From: Parcubacteria group bacterium
GTDB taxonomy: Bacteria; Patescibacteriota; Minisyncoccia; UBA10092
Direction: 5' to 3'
DNA: 64,000 bases
Assembly: GCA_016186325.1 (NCBI GenBank)
Contig: JACPLW010000002.1
Location: forward strand, 1,485 to 65,484
Below are positions 63,913 through 64,000 of the stretch, piece after piece. Position 1 is the first letter of the stretch. Every line of letters starts with the position of its first letter. The position numbers and the translations under genes were made by a program. The notes under the pieces were generated by a model. It saw only the letters and a list, made by a program, of their open reading frames with translations, searched no databases and was not told the origin of the DNA.

Positions 63913-64000
63913 GCATATTTGCTGTGATATGGAATCTTTTCAAGATATTCCCGAAGATGCCCAACCTCGTGGTTTATACAGGGATAATCGCCCATCCGGA

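Noticed and set aside
1-64000. CRISPR arrays or rRNA genes
   Set aside because: The dispersed palindromic repeats lack regular spacing and spacer structure. No 16S, 23S or 5S signature sequences seen.

Overview
The backbone is AT-rich and gene-dense. It carries housekeeping genes (ftsH, RNase J-like, rpsA, gyrA, cca, hup, rny, cdd, rpsO-NYN-pnp, pcrA/uvrD, rsmA, comM, htrA, speH, xerC/D-like, two TrmB regulators, a sigma factor) and at least 15 tRNA genes. The gene content resembles a small-genome Patescibacteria/CPR-like bacterium; that placement is an inference. The standard genetic code applies: TGA is used as a stop codon. The most striking feature is a set of about eight discrete GC-rich islands. 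Each has a (near-)perfect sigma70 promoter (TTGACA, 16-18 nt spacer, then TATAAT in five cases, TATACT and TAATAG in two; a weaker TTGACT/TATTTT one for the sigma54-activator gene), a Shine-Dalgarno-led ORF with no recognisable homology (once a frameshifted rluA-like gene), and a GC-rich intrinsic terminator. Two islands share a two-copy palindromic RNA-level module, called family B below. A second notable feature is a tRNA-Ala gene split in its anticodon loop by a ~0.41 kb insert that carries a GIY-YIG endonuclease gene and a complete nested tRNA-Ala(CGC). The window also contains in-frame GC-rich palindromic insertions in gyrA, pcrA, rsmA and an MBL-fold gene (RPE-like). There are several dispersed hairpin repeat families, a duplicated 16-bp operator palindrome (TGTTTCACGTGAAACA), a ~150-bp promoter-bearing repeat with a GTGCAATGTC motif upstream of four genes, and two small insertions with direct-repeat signatures at tRNA-Val and the pnp 3' end. 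A tRNA-Ile with anticodon UAU is also present. No rRNA genes or CRISPR arrays were seen.
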